A DNA stretch of 64,000 nucleotides, taken from assembly GCF_009914755.1 (NCBI RefSeq), contig NC_060947.1. The stretch is one strand, 5' to 3'. Both the position numbers and the translations under genes were made by a program. This stretch comes from the human T2T-CHM13v2.0 reference genome, Homo sapiens. Below the pieces are notes generated by a model. The model searched no databases, was not told where the DNA came from, and saw only the letters and a list, made by a program, of their open reading frames with translations. Positions 16,421 through 30,441 of the stretch are shown here, one piece after another. The first letter of the stretch is position 1, and every line of letters starts with the position of its first letter.

Positions 16421-18239
16421 TATTTTCTCTCAGCACAAAAAACCCCCCTGATATTATTTATTTATTTATTGGTGTTATATTCAGTTCTGTATGTTTATGT
16501 TTTTCTGCATATCTTATAATATGCTGTCTTCTCACATTCATAAACTAAATTCAAACAGTTGCTTTCATAAACACTTGGAGAAATGAACAAAGTTGATCTT
16601 TTAAATTTCTGTTTTATTGTTGAAGAAGTAAATGCTTAGTGTTGGAGGAATGAAGTAGTCTTAATCCCTAGTTCTTTGATAAAGAAAGTCTGTGTGAAGC
16701 AATGTTTGTAAACGAGAAATATATATGCAGAAAAGTCTCACAGTTGATGTGCATATGGTACATAAGATGTTCAAGTTAATTAATTTGCTTTGTGTATTTG
16801 TTAAATTTGATAAATATGGTGCTTCTTATCCTGTAGAAATTTTGTTACCAGAAAGTGACAAACAGTGAGCATTTAATCAGTACTAAGTCCACACCTATCA
16901 TTTGTCTATTGTTCAGATCAGCAGCTTCCAATCAAGTTTAATTGTGAAATACAATTCCTGTGATATTTTCGGGTTCATTTCACTAAAAATAAATTTCAGT
17001 AAGTGCTTTCTGGTGAGACTAATTGTCCTTTACAGAATCACTCTCTTGATAGACACCATTACACAGGCAATTTCATTAGTAACTACAAACATTTGGGCAG
17101 TTAACATTTTTCTCTGCTTAAATTTGTATAGTATTCAATATTTTATTACCTACAGTCAGCCAAAAGAAAGATAAATGAACATGTTGGCTATTTACACTTC
17201 TAGAACACATTCTCAACTGCTTGCCACTTTTTCTAGAAAAGCCTAGTAGAACAAAATATTAATGTCACTCAGCCTCTCTGAAAACTTGAAGAATACAAAG
17301 ATAATAAGGTGACCAGAAAGTAATGTCAAGAATTGTCCAGTCAAGTTATACCAAATAAAGTACAGTCTGTGGGAAGCCTTGTGAAGAAAATTGTATTACT
17401 AATTAGGCCCTCATGTCTGATGATATCTGCACTTACCATTATAAAGGTTGTAATTTATTTATTTTTATGTATTTGTTCCCTACTATGTTCTCAAGCTAAT
17501 TAAGGAAATTTAAAAGTGTGCACACAATATGACACTATGAAATTCACATAAAAAAAAACTGAGACAAAATTAACTGTAAAGGAAAGCAAGTCGAAGCCCA
17601 GAGACACAACTTAAGAAATCCATAAACTAGGTGGGTCTAAGATTCACATCAGCCAATGTGAAGAGGGGATGTTATTACGCACAATATTCCCAGTATTCAA
17701 AACTTAAAAATTAGTTTCTCAGAAGAATATACAAACCATGGATCCTCAAAGATAAGACATTGTATTGTTAACAAGTATGCTTTTCCAAATACAAATCTTA
17801 TTAACTTTTTAAAAACAGTAAGCAATCTGAATATATAATAATAAATGGGCAATCAACTATATCCATGCACCAATATTTTCAGCCAATTAAAAATGGTACT
17901 ATAAAACTATTTATGATATTTGAAAATGTTCATAAATGTTCTCAATATAAGTGAAAAGGTAAAATATAAGAGTATGTACACTGTAATCCCAATTTTGTTT
18001 TTAAATTATATACATGCATACTTATGGAGAAACAAAATATAAAAAGTTAAACCAAAAAATTGTATAATGTGTAACGTTCATTGTATAATTGTATAATGGT
18101 TATCTCTGGGCTATAAGAAAACAGATAATTTTTATTTACATCTTTGGAATTTTCTGTCTTCAAGAAATTATTGCAATCGACCTCTAATATTTCTAGAACT
18201 AAAAGTAACAACTTAAAAAAATAGTTCTTTATATGTAGA

Positions 18240-18925
18240 CAGCGGTACCTTGACTCATTTAGGTAAATACTTAGGAGTACAATTGCTGCATGGTATGGAA
18301 AAACAATGTTCAGCCTCGTAAGAATTTGCAAAAGTCTTCCAAAGTCATTATATCGTTTTGCATTCATGTGAGCAATGAACGAGAGATCTTAATGCTGCAA
18401 AAACGCTACAGCAATTTATATTGTCGGTTAAGTTTAGCCATTCTCATAATTGTATAGAGGTATCTTGTTGTTTTAATTTACACTTTTAATGGAAATTATG
18501 TTGAGCATATTTTCATATACTTATTTTCTGTCTATCTTCTTTGATGAGGTGTCTGTTCAGATATTTTACCCTATTTTAAGTTGGGTTGCTTGCTTTCTTC
18601 TTGTAGACTTTTATGAATTCTTTGTATATTTTGTGTACAAGTCCATTATCAGATGTGCGTTTTGCAAATGTTCAATGTTTTTTTCCATTATCCAATGACA
18701 TTTTTCCACTATCTTAACTGTTTTTTACACAGAAGTTTTTTTGTTTTAATAAAATTCAACTTATCTATCTCTTCTTTCATTCAGTCTTTTGGTGTTACAA
18801 CTAAAAACTCATAGTCCAACCCAAGATTAGGTAGATTTTTCCACATTATTTTTTTCTAGAAATGTTATAGTTTTGCATTTCACCTATAAATCTATGATCC
18901 ATTTTGTGTTCATTTATATGTAACA
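18240..18925 (-). mobile_element. Old L1M (L1MB/MC-like) ORF2 3' fragment
   Basis: ggtaaatacttaggagtacaattgctgcatggtatgg; tatcttctttgatgaggtgtctgttcagat. Confidence 0.75.
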
Positions 18926-19279
18926 TATTGACATTGATTTTCTCCATGTTATGAGTTTTTTTTTCCTCAGTTAACTCAATGAGCATCTAACTAAAACAAA
19001 GAATCACAGTTTTCAGCAGACCTCATGATTTTCTTTTATTAATTTTATTAAATAATGAGATCTAGGCTTATTACTTATCAATAGTTTCATTTTTATTTCT
19101 ATATTTAATAAAGTAAGAAAACATGAATATTTTATTAAATAATTACACAAATCCTGCAGATCAAAGATGGTGACACTAGTCAAGCTGAATTGTTGGCTGG
19201 ATTGTGACCCACAATGTCATGGCTTTAAATGTTAATGTGTTGGCTGAGGAGGAAAAGTCTGGAGTAAGAGTTGAGATGT

Positions 19280-19945
<666 letters not shown>

Positions 19946-20134
19946 TAATAGCAATTATATATATCTATTTAATATTTAAATAGAAAATATAATTTATTTT
20001 TAAGGTCTGGATCAAATAACTGAGTATTACAACCATCTTCATATCCTGGAAATCATACTATTGAAGTTGCCAGTTTCTCTTCTTTCACATTAAACTCTGA
20101 GATAAATAGGAATCTGGCATTTTCAGAGTGATAA

Positions 20135-20205
20135 ACCCAGCACCTAGCACAGTACCTGGGGCATAGCAGGAGCTCAATACGTATTTTAAAAATGCATGAA
20201 TGTTA
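20135..20205 (+). mobile_element. L2 3' terminus
   Basis: cccagcacctagcacagtacctggggcatagcaggagctcaatac...gcatgaatg. Confidence 0.75.
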
Positions 20206-20980
20206 CATCCAGAGCCATGTAAATTTAATATCAGCTTAAAAGTTAAGTGATTTAATCAAAATTATTCAACATTAAGGTATTTCTAAAAATTCATGTGCGA
20301 TTGTGAGTTGCGATGTAGTCAACAGGTGGTACATAGTTTAATCTCTTTACCCATACTACCTGAAAATACTAAATTCAAGATAAAAAACAAAAATCTGCAA
20401 AGTTAAAACAGCTTTGGAAAGTAAGGATATCAATGAGTAATACGTTAATCCTCCAGAAAGAATTACCCTTAGAACAGATGGTCCCAATTGAAATAATTGG
20501 AAGCAAACCCATGCCTAACTTTCAAAAACACGACTGCACAGGGAAGAGGGAAAGAAACTTCCACCCACATCTCATATACAGTGATCAGAGAGTTGGAAGC
20601 CTGAGCTAAAGGTCCTAAGTGTGGCCTCTTGTATTCCTTGTTCTTGGAATCCACTTTACAAGCCACTCGGAATCTTTCTTGTACACTCCATGCCTGCTCC
20701 TAATGCAGTGGAAATTAAAAATAAGATAGCAAGCAAAATTTTACCAAGCAAACATATGCCAAAGGCAGGGCTAACAACATTATTTGCAAGAATATTCCAA
20801 GGCAAAATGTACTAAATGTGTCAAAGACGGTTATTTTATAGAGATTGCTTTGACTTTTTGTGGCAAATATATAAAATCAAGATCTATTTTATAGTAAGTG
20901 GAAATTGACAAAAATATAATAACTGGAGCTTTTAAAAAATATTCCTACTGTCACAAATAAATAATCAAACAAAAGTAGAA

Positions 20981-21183
20981 CTGGAGCCATTGAACTTTTT
21001 TGGTAAAGGGGGCAATAGTAAATATTTTACGCTTTGCAGTATGCTATGCAACTCCACTGTTATAGTATGAAACCATTCATAAGATAATGTGTAAATGGAT
21101 GGGCATGGCTGAATCCCTATAAATACTTACAACACAGGTGGCTATCCAGATTTTTCTTGTAGGTCATAATTTGCAAACCACTG
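20981..21183 (+). mobile_element. MER58A (hAT-Charlie) DNA transposon, within an old L1M endonuclease fragment (about 20870-21570)
   Basis: aactttttggtaaagggggcaatagtaaatattttacgctttgc...gatgggcatggctg...cataatttgcaaaccactg. Confidence 0.8.
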
Positions 21184-21605
21184 ATAAAGAAGATCTGAAT
21201 AACATAATTAACATGGAGGAGTAGAGTGCAAACATGTTTGACCTATTTTTTAGAATATAAATGATATAAGTATTTATTTGTATAAATATAAATATGCTTT
21301 TTTATGAAAGCATTTATGGTACAATAAGATGCTAAATCACTTAGTAGGTCCCCAACAAAATAACTCAGTAAACTTGAAAAGTGTAAAAATGGGTAGGCCA
21401 AACTCTATGACCATAATACAATAAAAATAAAAATAGCACATTTAAAACAGAAGTTATTTACCATGTTTGGGAAATACAAAACTCTCTAGTGAATACATAT
21501 TTAGTTAAAGAGAAAATCAAAATTACACTTTAAAAATGTTTAAAATATAGCAGAATATGAGTATTTGTGCTCCAACAATTATGCCAGCAATTGGGTATAT
21601 CAGTC

Positions 21606-22139
21606 CGTGATGGTTAATATTAAGCATCAACTTGATTGGATTGAAGAATGCAAAGTATTGTTCCTGGGTGTGTCTGTGAGTGTGTTGCCAAAGGAGATTA
21701 ACATTTGAGTCAGCAGACTGGGAAAGGCAGACCCACCTTCAATTTGGGCAGGCACAATCTAATCAGCTGCCAGCAGGGCCAGAATTAAAGCAAGCAAAAG
21801 AACATGGAAAGACTAAACTGGCTTAGTCTCCCAGCCTACATCTTTCTCCCGTGCTGGATGCTTGCTGCCCTCCAACATTGGACTCCAATTTCTTTAGCTT
21901 TGGGACTCTTGGACCTGAGACCACAGACTGATGGCTGCACTGTCGGCTTCCCTACTTTTGAGGTTTTAGGACTTGGACAGGCTTCATTTCTCCTCAGCTT
22001 GCAGGTGGTCTATTGTGGGACCTCACGTTGTGATCGTGTGAGTCAAAACTCCTTAATAAATTCCCCTTTATATATACATCTATCCCATATCTTCCCCTTT
22101 ATATATACATATATATTTCCTATAACTTTGTCACTATAG
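21606..22139 (+). mobile_element. MLT2A1/MLT2A2 (HERV-L) solo LTR, 3' terminus missing
   Basis: gtgatggttaatatt...cttgattggattgaagaatgcaaagtattg...ggcacaatctaatcagctgccagc...ccttaataaattcccc. Confidence 0.92.
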
Positions 22140-22846
22140 GTAAGACACTGTGCTTATAGTTTTAACTTACATTACTTCATTCATGAGGTTGAACATCTTT
22201 TCCACGTTCATTAAGCTTGGTTATTAGGAAAATATGTATAAAATAACATTTTCTTCCTGGATTTTGGCATTATATTTAATGGTGAAAAATTAAAACAGGA
22301 AGAAGAAAAGCACCACTTTGAAAATATAGGCAAGGCATTAACATATAAAATGGTTAAAATAAATATAATTATTGCAAAAGAGGATAAATTTTTATTTACA
22401 GAATTTATTATCATAATCAGAAATTAATTGAAAAACTATTAAAACAAATATTAGTTTCTATAGGTTCCACATACTTCTCACTCATATAGTTACAACAACA
22501 ACTAGGGATTTATCTAAAGAGATATTAAAATATGGTTTTTGGTAAGAAATTTGAAAAGCTCATTTAAAAGAACAGATGGCCCTGAAACAGACTGAACGGC
22601 TCATTCATGCATGTGCTATTCTTCAGTCATATTGAACTTCTTTTCTTCCTTCTGTCCCTCTAATAACACACAAGCCCATTCCAATCTTCACATGTTTTTA
22701 CTTTTTTCTCCTCTACTCAAAACCTCTCCTTCCTCTTTGTTATTGTCTGGCTTTTCCCTCATCTTTTCATGTTTCTTTTTATCTCCTCATTATACTTCCT
22801 TGATCATTTTTTTAATAGCCACCCCATTACAATTAGTCCGCTATTC

Positions 22847-22957
22847 CAGTGATTCTCAAAATAATTCATGGATCCATAGCATGGGCAACGTCTGGCCACT
22901 TGTTAGAATTGCAAAATATTAAGGCCTCATCCTAAATTTGCTGAATTAGAAATTATA
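22847..22957 (+). mobile_element. MER5A (hAT-Charlie), left part
   Basis: cagtgattctcaaa...cttgttagaattgcaaa...ctgaattagaaa; continues after the L1 at about 29185. Confidence 0.7.
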
Positions 22958-25900
22958 GTGGAGGCAGAGCAAGTTGGCAGAATAGAAGGCTCTGCCAATT
23001 GTCCCCTCTGCAAGGACACACATTTAGCAACTATCTATAGAGAAAAAAAAAACACCTTAATAAGAACCAAAAATCAGGTGAGCCCTCTTAGTACCTGGTT
23101 TTAACTACATTTCACTGAAAGAGGCACTGAAAAGATGGGAAAAATAATCTTGAATCACCAATGCTACTCTTTCTCCACCCCTCAGCACTGGCAACTTGGT
23201 GCAGAGAGCATCTCTGGGTGTGGAGGGAGGAACACAGCAATTGTAAGGCATTGAACTTGGTGCTGTTTTGTTAAGAGCACAAAGGAAAACCAGAGAAAAC
23301 TCAGCTGATGTCCACCCATGGAGGGTAGCAGTGAAACCAGCTCTAGCCAGAGTGGAATTGCCAATCCCTGTGGTCCAAACTTGTGTACTAGCAAACCTCA
23401 CCACCAACGGCCAAAGTATTCTGGGTAAGTTCTCTAAGTAAACTTGACAAGTAGTCTAGACCATAAGGATGTTAAAATTAGGTGAGTTCTAGTGCTGAAC
23501 TGGGCCAGGAGTCAGTGGCCTGGGGTTGGGGGGGGGGCATGTAATCCACTAAGATACCAACTGGTGTGGCTAAGGGAGGGATGCTATCACACCTCCCCTG
23601 AGCCCAAAATGCACAGCTTGTGGCTCCAAAAGAGATCCTTCCTTCCACTTGAGGAGAAGAGAGGGAAGAGTGGGGAGGACTGTGTCTTGCATCTTGGATA
23701 CCAGCTCAGCCACAGCAGGATAGGATGCTGGTCAGAGTCACGTGGCACCTCTTCCAGGCCCTAGCTCCCAAAAGACATTTCTAGACAAACCCTGAGCCAG
23801 AAGGGAGACCCATGCCTTGAAGGGAAGGACCCAGACAGGGCCGCATTCATCAGCTGCTAACTGAAGAGCTTTTGGGTTCTGAAAAACCAGCAGCAATACC
23901 TAGGTACTATGTGGAGTGCCTTGGGTGAGCCTCTGAGAACTGCTGGCTTCATGTAAGATTCAGCAAATCACCAACTGTTGTGACTAAGAACTGAAACTTC
24001 TTAAGCTTGAGAAAAGCAGAGGAAAAATTTAAGGGGACTTTGTGTTGCACCATAGGTATCAGCAGGGCCAACGTGTGTAGTGAACCAAGTGGACACCTGG
24101 GGTCCCTGATTCAGGATTTGATTCATGGGCAAGATCTTTGGATCTTCCCTGAGCTAGACTAGAGCCCATTTCCCTGAAGGATAAGTCCTAGGCCGGGCAG
24201 AATTCACCACAAACTTACTGAAGAGCCCTTGGACATTAAAGGAACTTCAGTGACAGTCTGGAAGAACTCCTCATGGCCTGTGGTGGTGGTGGTGGCTATG
24301 GGGTGAGCCTCCTCTGCCTTTGGAAAGAGTAGGAAAGAGTGGGAAAGAATACATGCCTTGTGGTCTGAGTGCCAGCTTAGCTGCAGTACAATAGAATACT
24401 AGGTAGACTTCTAAGGTTTTTGACTCTATGTCCTGGAGTCCCTAACAGCAGCTCTGAACCCACCTGGGGCCTGCAGGAACTCACGGCCCTGAAGGGAAGG
24501 ACACAGGCCTTGCTGGCTGTGCCAGCTGCTGATTGCAGAGCCCCAGGAAATTAAGCAAACATAGGCAGCAGCGAAGAAGTGGTTACAGCAGGCCTTGGGT
24601 GAAACCCAGTGCTATGCTGGCTTCAGGTTTGGCTCAGCACAGTCATACTGGTGGTGGCCACAGCGGTGCTAGTGTCACTCTGCCCTCAGTTTTAGGTGGT
24701 TGAGAAAAGAGAGAGAGACTCCGTTTCTTTGGGAGAAAGTAAGGGAAGGGAACAAGAGTCTCTGCTTGGTAATCCGGAGAATCCTTCCATATTTTACCCA
24801 AGACCATCAAAACACTACCTCTAAAAGTCTGCAAAAGCCACGTTGTTACTGGGATTGTGGTGTCTCCTAATGTAAATATGGCTTAGGTCATAATACCAAA
24901 GTCTCTTTGAATACCTGGAAAGCAGTCCCAAGAAGGATAGGTACAAACAAGCCCAGATAGCGAAGACCATAATAAATACATAATTCCTCAATGCTGAGAC
25001 AAAGACAAAGATCCACAAGCTACTAGACCATCTGGGGAAATGTGACCTCACAAAATGAACTAAATAAAGCAACAGGGACAAATGCTGGATAAACAGAGGT
25101 ATGTAACCTTTCAGAGAGATAATTCAAAAAAAAAAAGCTGCTTTGAGGAAACTCAAAAAAATTCAGGATAACACAGGGATGGAATTCAGGATACTATAGA
25201 ATCAATTTTACAAAGAGTTGAATTAATTTTAAAAAAATCAAACAGAAATTCTGGAACTGAAAATTGAAATTGGTGTACCGAAAAATGCATCAGTCTTTTA
25301 ATAGCAAAATAGATCAAGCAGAAAGAAGAATTAGTGAGATTGAAGAAAACCTAATTGAAAATACACATTCTGAGGAGACAAAAGAAGAAGGAAGAAAAAC
25401 AATAAAACATGCTTACAGGATTTTGAAAACAAGCCTCAAAGGTGCAAATTTAAGACTTATTGCCCTTAAATAGGAGGTGTAGAGATAGGAGTATGAATTT
25501 TATCCAAAGGAATAATAACAGAGACCCGCCAAAACCTACAGAAAGAAAGCAATATTTAAATATAAGAAGGTTATAGAACGCCACACGTATTTAACCTGAA
25601 GAAGACTACCTCAAGGCATTTAATAATGAAACTCCCAAAGAACAAGGGTAAATAAAAGATCCTAAAAGCAGGAAGAGAAAAGAAACAAATAACATGTAAT
25701 GGAGCTCCAACACGTCTGGCAGCAGGCTTTTCGTTGGAAACCTTATAGGCCAGAAGAGAGTTGCATGACATATTTAAAACGCTGAAGGAAAAAAAAAAAA
25801 AGTTACGCTAGAATAGTATATCTGGAAAAAATATCCTTCAAACATGAAGAAGAAATAAACACTTTTCCAAACAAGCAAAAGCTGAGAGCTTTCATGAACA

Positions 25901-26311
25901 CTAGATCTGCCTTACAAGAAATGCTAAAGGGAGTACTTCAATCAGGAAAAAGGATGTTAATGAGCAGTAAGTAAGGACCTGAAGGTACAAAACTCACTGG
26001 TACTAGTTAGTACACAGAGAAACAGAGATTATTATAAGACTGTAACTGTGGTGTGTAAACTATGTTTATCCTAATTAGAAAGACTAAACAATAAACCAAA
26101 AAAAATAACTACCAACAACTTTTTAAGACATAGACAGTACAATTAGATATAAATAGAAAAAAACCAAAATGTTAAAAAGCAGAAGCACAAAGTTAAGGTA
26201 CAGAATTTTTGTTAGTTTGGTTTTTCCTTGGCTGTTTATGAAAATAGTGTTAAATTTTTATAAGGGTAAAATAATATTTTCATAAATAAGACTTTATGAA
26301 AATAGTGTTAA

Positions 26312-26614
<303 letters not shown>

Positions 26615-28351
26615 CTAAATTCTTATAAGGGTAGAAGATGGTATTTGCAAGCCTCATAGGAACCTCAAACCAAAATCATACATGGATACACAAAAAATGA
26701 AAATCAAGAAAATAAATTATGTCAACAGAGAAAATCACCTTCACTAATGGAAGAAAGGAAGGAAAGAAGAGACCACCACAAAACAAGCCTAAAACAAATA
26801 ACAAAATGGCAGGAGGAAGTCCTTACTTATCAAAAATAGCATTGAATGTAAATCCACTAAACTTTTCAATTAAAAGATAAAGACTGCCTGAATGAATGAA
26901 ACAAGACCCATTGAACTACTGCCTACAAGAAATACACTTCACCTCTAAAGACACACATAGACTAAAATAAAGGAATGGGAAAAGATATTTCATACCAGTG
27001 GAAACCCAAATGAGCAGGAATAGCTCTATTTATATCACACAAACACACAGCTAGTATCATACAGAATGAGGAAAAACTGAAAGTCTTTCCTCTAGGATCT
27101 GGAACATGACACGAATGCCCACTTTCAACACTGTTATTCAACATAGTACCGGAAGTCCTAGTTAGAGCAATCAGACAAGATAAAGAAATAAAGGGCATCC
27201 AAACTGGAAAGGAAGAAATCAAATTATCCTTGTTTGCAGATGATAGAATCTTATATTTAGATAAACCTAAAGAATCCACAAGAAAACTGTTAGAACTGAT
27301 AAACAACTTAAGTAAAGTTTTCAGAATACAAAATCAACATACAAAAATCAGTAGCATTTCTATATGCTAACAGTGAATAATCTGAAAAAGAAATAAAAAG
27401 TGATCCCATTTAAATAGCCACATAAAAAATTAAATTTACTCACAAAAGAATAAACTTAATCAAATAAGTGAATGATCTCTATAATGAAAACCATAAAACA
27501 CTGAGGAAAGAAATTGAAGAGGACACAAAAAAATGGAAAATTACTCCAATTCATCGAGTGGCAGAATCAATATTGTTAAAATGTGCATACGACCGAAAGC
27601 AATCTACAGATTCAATGCAATCTCTATCAAAATACAAAGCAAACATAGACAAATGGAATCACATCAAGCATAAAAGCTTATGGAGAGCAAAGGAAACAGT
27701 CAACAAAGTGAAAAGACATCCCACAGAATGGGTGAAAACATTTGCAAACTACCAGTTTGACAAGGAATTAGTAACAAGTATATATCAGGAGCTGAAACTA
27801 CTCTATAGGAAAACAATATAATAATCTGATTTTTAAAATGAGCAAATGACTTATAGAGACATTTTTCAAAAGAAGACATACAAATGATGAACAGGCATAT
27901 GAAAAGACGCTCAACATCCTTGATCATCAGAGAAATGAAAATAAAAAATACAATGAGATATCATCTCATCTCAGTTAAATTGGCTTATTTCTAAAAATAA
28001 GCCAATATGCAGGCAATAACAAATGCTGGCAAGGATGTGGTTAATAGGGAACCCTTGTACAATGTTGGTAGGAATGTAAATTTGTACAACTATGGAGATC
28101 AATTTGGAAGTTCTTCAAAGAACTAAAAATAGAGCTATCACACGACTCAGCATTCCCACTCCTGGGTATATACCCAAAAGAAACGAAATCAATATATTGA
28201 AGAGATATCTCCATCCCTATGTTTATTGCAGCACTGTTCACAATAGCTAAGGTTTGAAAGCAACCTGTGTTCATAAACAGATGCATGAATAAAGAAAGTG
28301 TGGTGCATATACACCATGGAGTACTATTAAGCCATAAAAAAATGAAATTCT

Positions 28352-28747
<396 letters not shown>

Positions 28748-29184
28748 TCAGATTTTCTCACTTATTTGTGGCATCTAAAAATCAAAACAATTGAACTTAT
28801 GGAGATAGATATTAGAGGAGGGATGGCTACCAGAGGTTGGCAAGGGTAGTGCAGGGCTGGAAGGGATGTGGGAATGGTTAATGGTTAAGAGGTTAAATAA
28901 TAGAAAGAATGAATAAGACCTACCATTTGATCACAAAATACGGTGACTATAGTCAATAATAACTTTATTATATATTTTAAAATAACTAAAAGTATGTAAT
29001 TGAATTGTTTGTAACACAAAGGATAAATGCTTGAGAGGATGGTTACACCGTATTCTATGATGCCATTATTTCACATTGGATGCCTGTATCAAACCATCTG
29101 ATGTACCCCTCAAATATATATCCCTGTTGTATACCTATAAAAATTAAAAATAAAAAAAAGAATTAAAAAAACAAGTATAATAAA

Positions 29185-29248
29185 GAATTTTATTAGGTTA
29201 GTTGACAGTAATATTTTTTAACATGCCTTCCAAGTGATTTTAAGGTGT
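29185..29248 (+). mobile_element. MER5A, right part
   Basis: cagtaatattttttaacatgccttccaagtgatttt resembles MER5A cagcaatctgtgttttaacaagccctccaggtgattct. Confidence 0.6.
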
Positions 29249-29289
29249 TACTGCTCTACTCTGTTGCTGTTTTATTTTATTCAGAACTC

Positions 29290-29440
29290 TTGAAATAATC
29301 TGATTTTCTCTTATCTGTCTTTTTTGTCTGTCTCCTACCACCTGAATGTAAGGATTTTTTTTTTGTTCATTGCTGTATGCCCAGTTCCTAGAACACTACC
29401 TGCCTAATTCATGAGCGGTACTAAAATGTATTTGTTGAAA
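29290..29440 (+). mobile_element. L2 3' fragment
   Basis: tgtctgtctcctaccacctgaatgtaagg...ttgttcattgctgtatgcccagttcctagaaca. Confidence 0.7.
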
Positions 29441-30161
29441 CGTACACCAAACATATTACTGATGTTTGCCACTGCATGAGGAGATTCTTCATATATTTCA
29501 TTTTCTTCACAATTTGTTAGCATATTTTTAATTTTTAAAATGATTTTAAATTGGCATGTAATAATTGTACATATTGTTGAAAACAGTGAGGTCTTAAAAC
29601 ATATAATTTATGGTGATCAATTTAGGGTAATAAACATATCGGTCACCTCAAACATTTATCATTTCTTGTACTGGACAAATGAAAAATCCTCTCTTCTAGC
29701 TATTTGAAAATATAAATTAAATTACTTTTAACTATAGCTATTATATAGTGCTATAGGACACTGAAACTTATTCCTGCTATTTATCTGTAATTTTGTATCA
29801 TCTAACCAACCTCTCCATATTCCACTCCCACTGCCCTTTCCAGTCTCTAGTAACAACTATTCTACTCTCTACTACTATAAGATAAATTTTTTCTAGCTTG
29901 TGAATGTGAGTGAAAACACATATCTGAAAACAAATTTAAAAAATCCCTCCAACTCCATACTGTTTTCCATAATGGATATCTTAATTTACATTCACTCCAA
30001 CAGTGTATAAGAGTTTTCTTTTCTCTACATCCTTGCCAACATTTGTGATCTTTCATTTTTTGGTAAGAGTCATTCTAACAGGAGTGAGGTGATATCTCAT
30101 TGTGGTTTTGATTTGCATTTCCCTGAAGAAGAGTAATGTTGAGCATTTTATTTTCTTTTAT

Positions 30162-30441
30162 TGACTTATAAACAATAGATATTTATTTCTCACAATTCTG
30201 GAGGCTGGAAGCCTGAGGTCAGGGTGTCAGTATGATCAAGTTATGGGGAAGGCTCTCTTCCGAGTTGCATACTGTTGACTTCTTGTTGTATCTTCATTTA
30301 GTGGAAAGTGGGTGAGAGAGCTCTCAGGGGTCCCTTTTAATTGGGCACTAATCCCATTCATGAGGGCTCCACCCTCATGACCTATTCACCACCCCCTAAA
30401 GGCCCCACCTCCTAATACTAACCTTTTGGGAATTAGATTTC
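30162..30441 (-). mobile_element. MLT1A-like LTR fragment lacking both termini (probable L1 3' transduction)
   Basis: gcactaatcccattcatgagggctccaccctcatgacc...aaggccccacctcctaatac; minus-strand AATAAA at 30182-30187, with homology ending about 20 nt downstream in an A-rich tail. Confidence 0.85.

Noticed and set aside
20471-20485. agaacagatggtccc resembling the murine leukaemia virus LTR enhancer
   Set aside because: Only 15 nt with no flanking similarity; a chance match, not vector or viral DNA.
22061-22110. Repeat ttcccctttatatatacat occurring twice
   Set aside because: Simple slippage duplication in the TA-rich LTR end; two units only, not an array.
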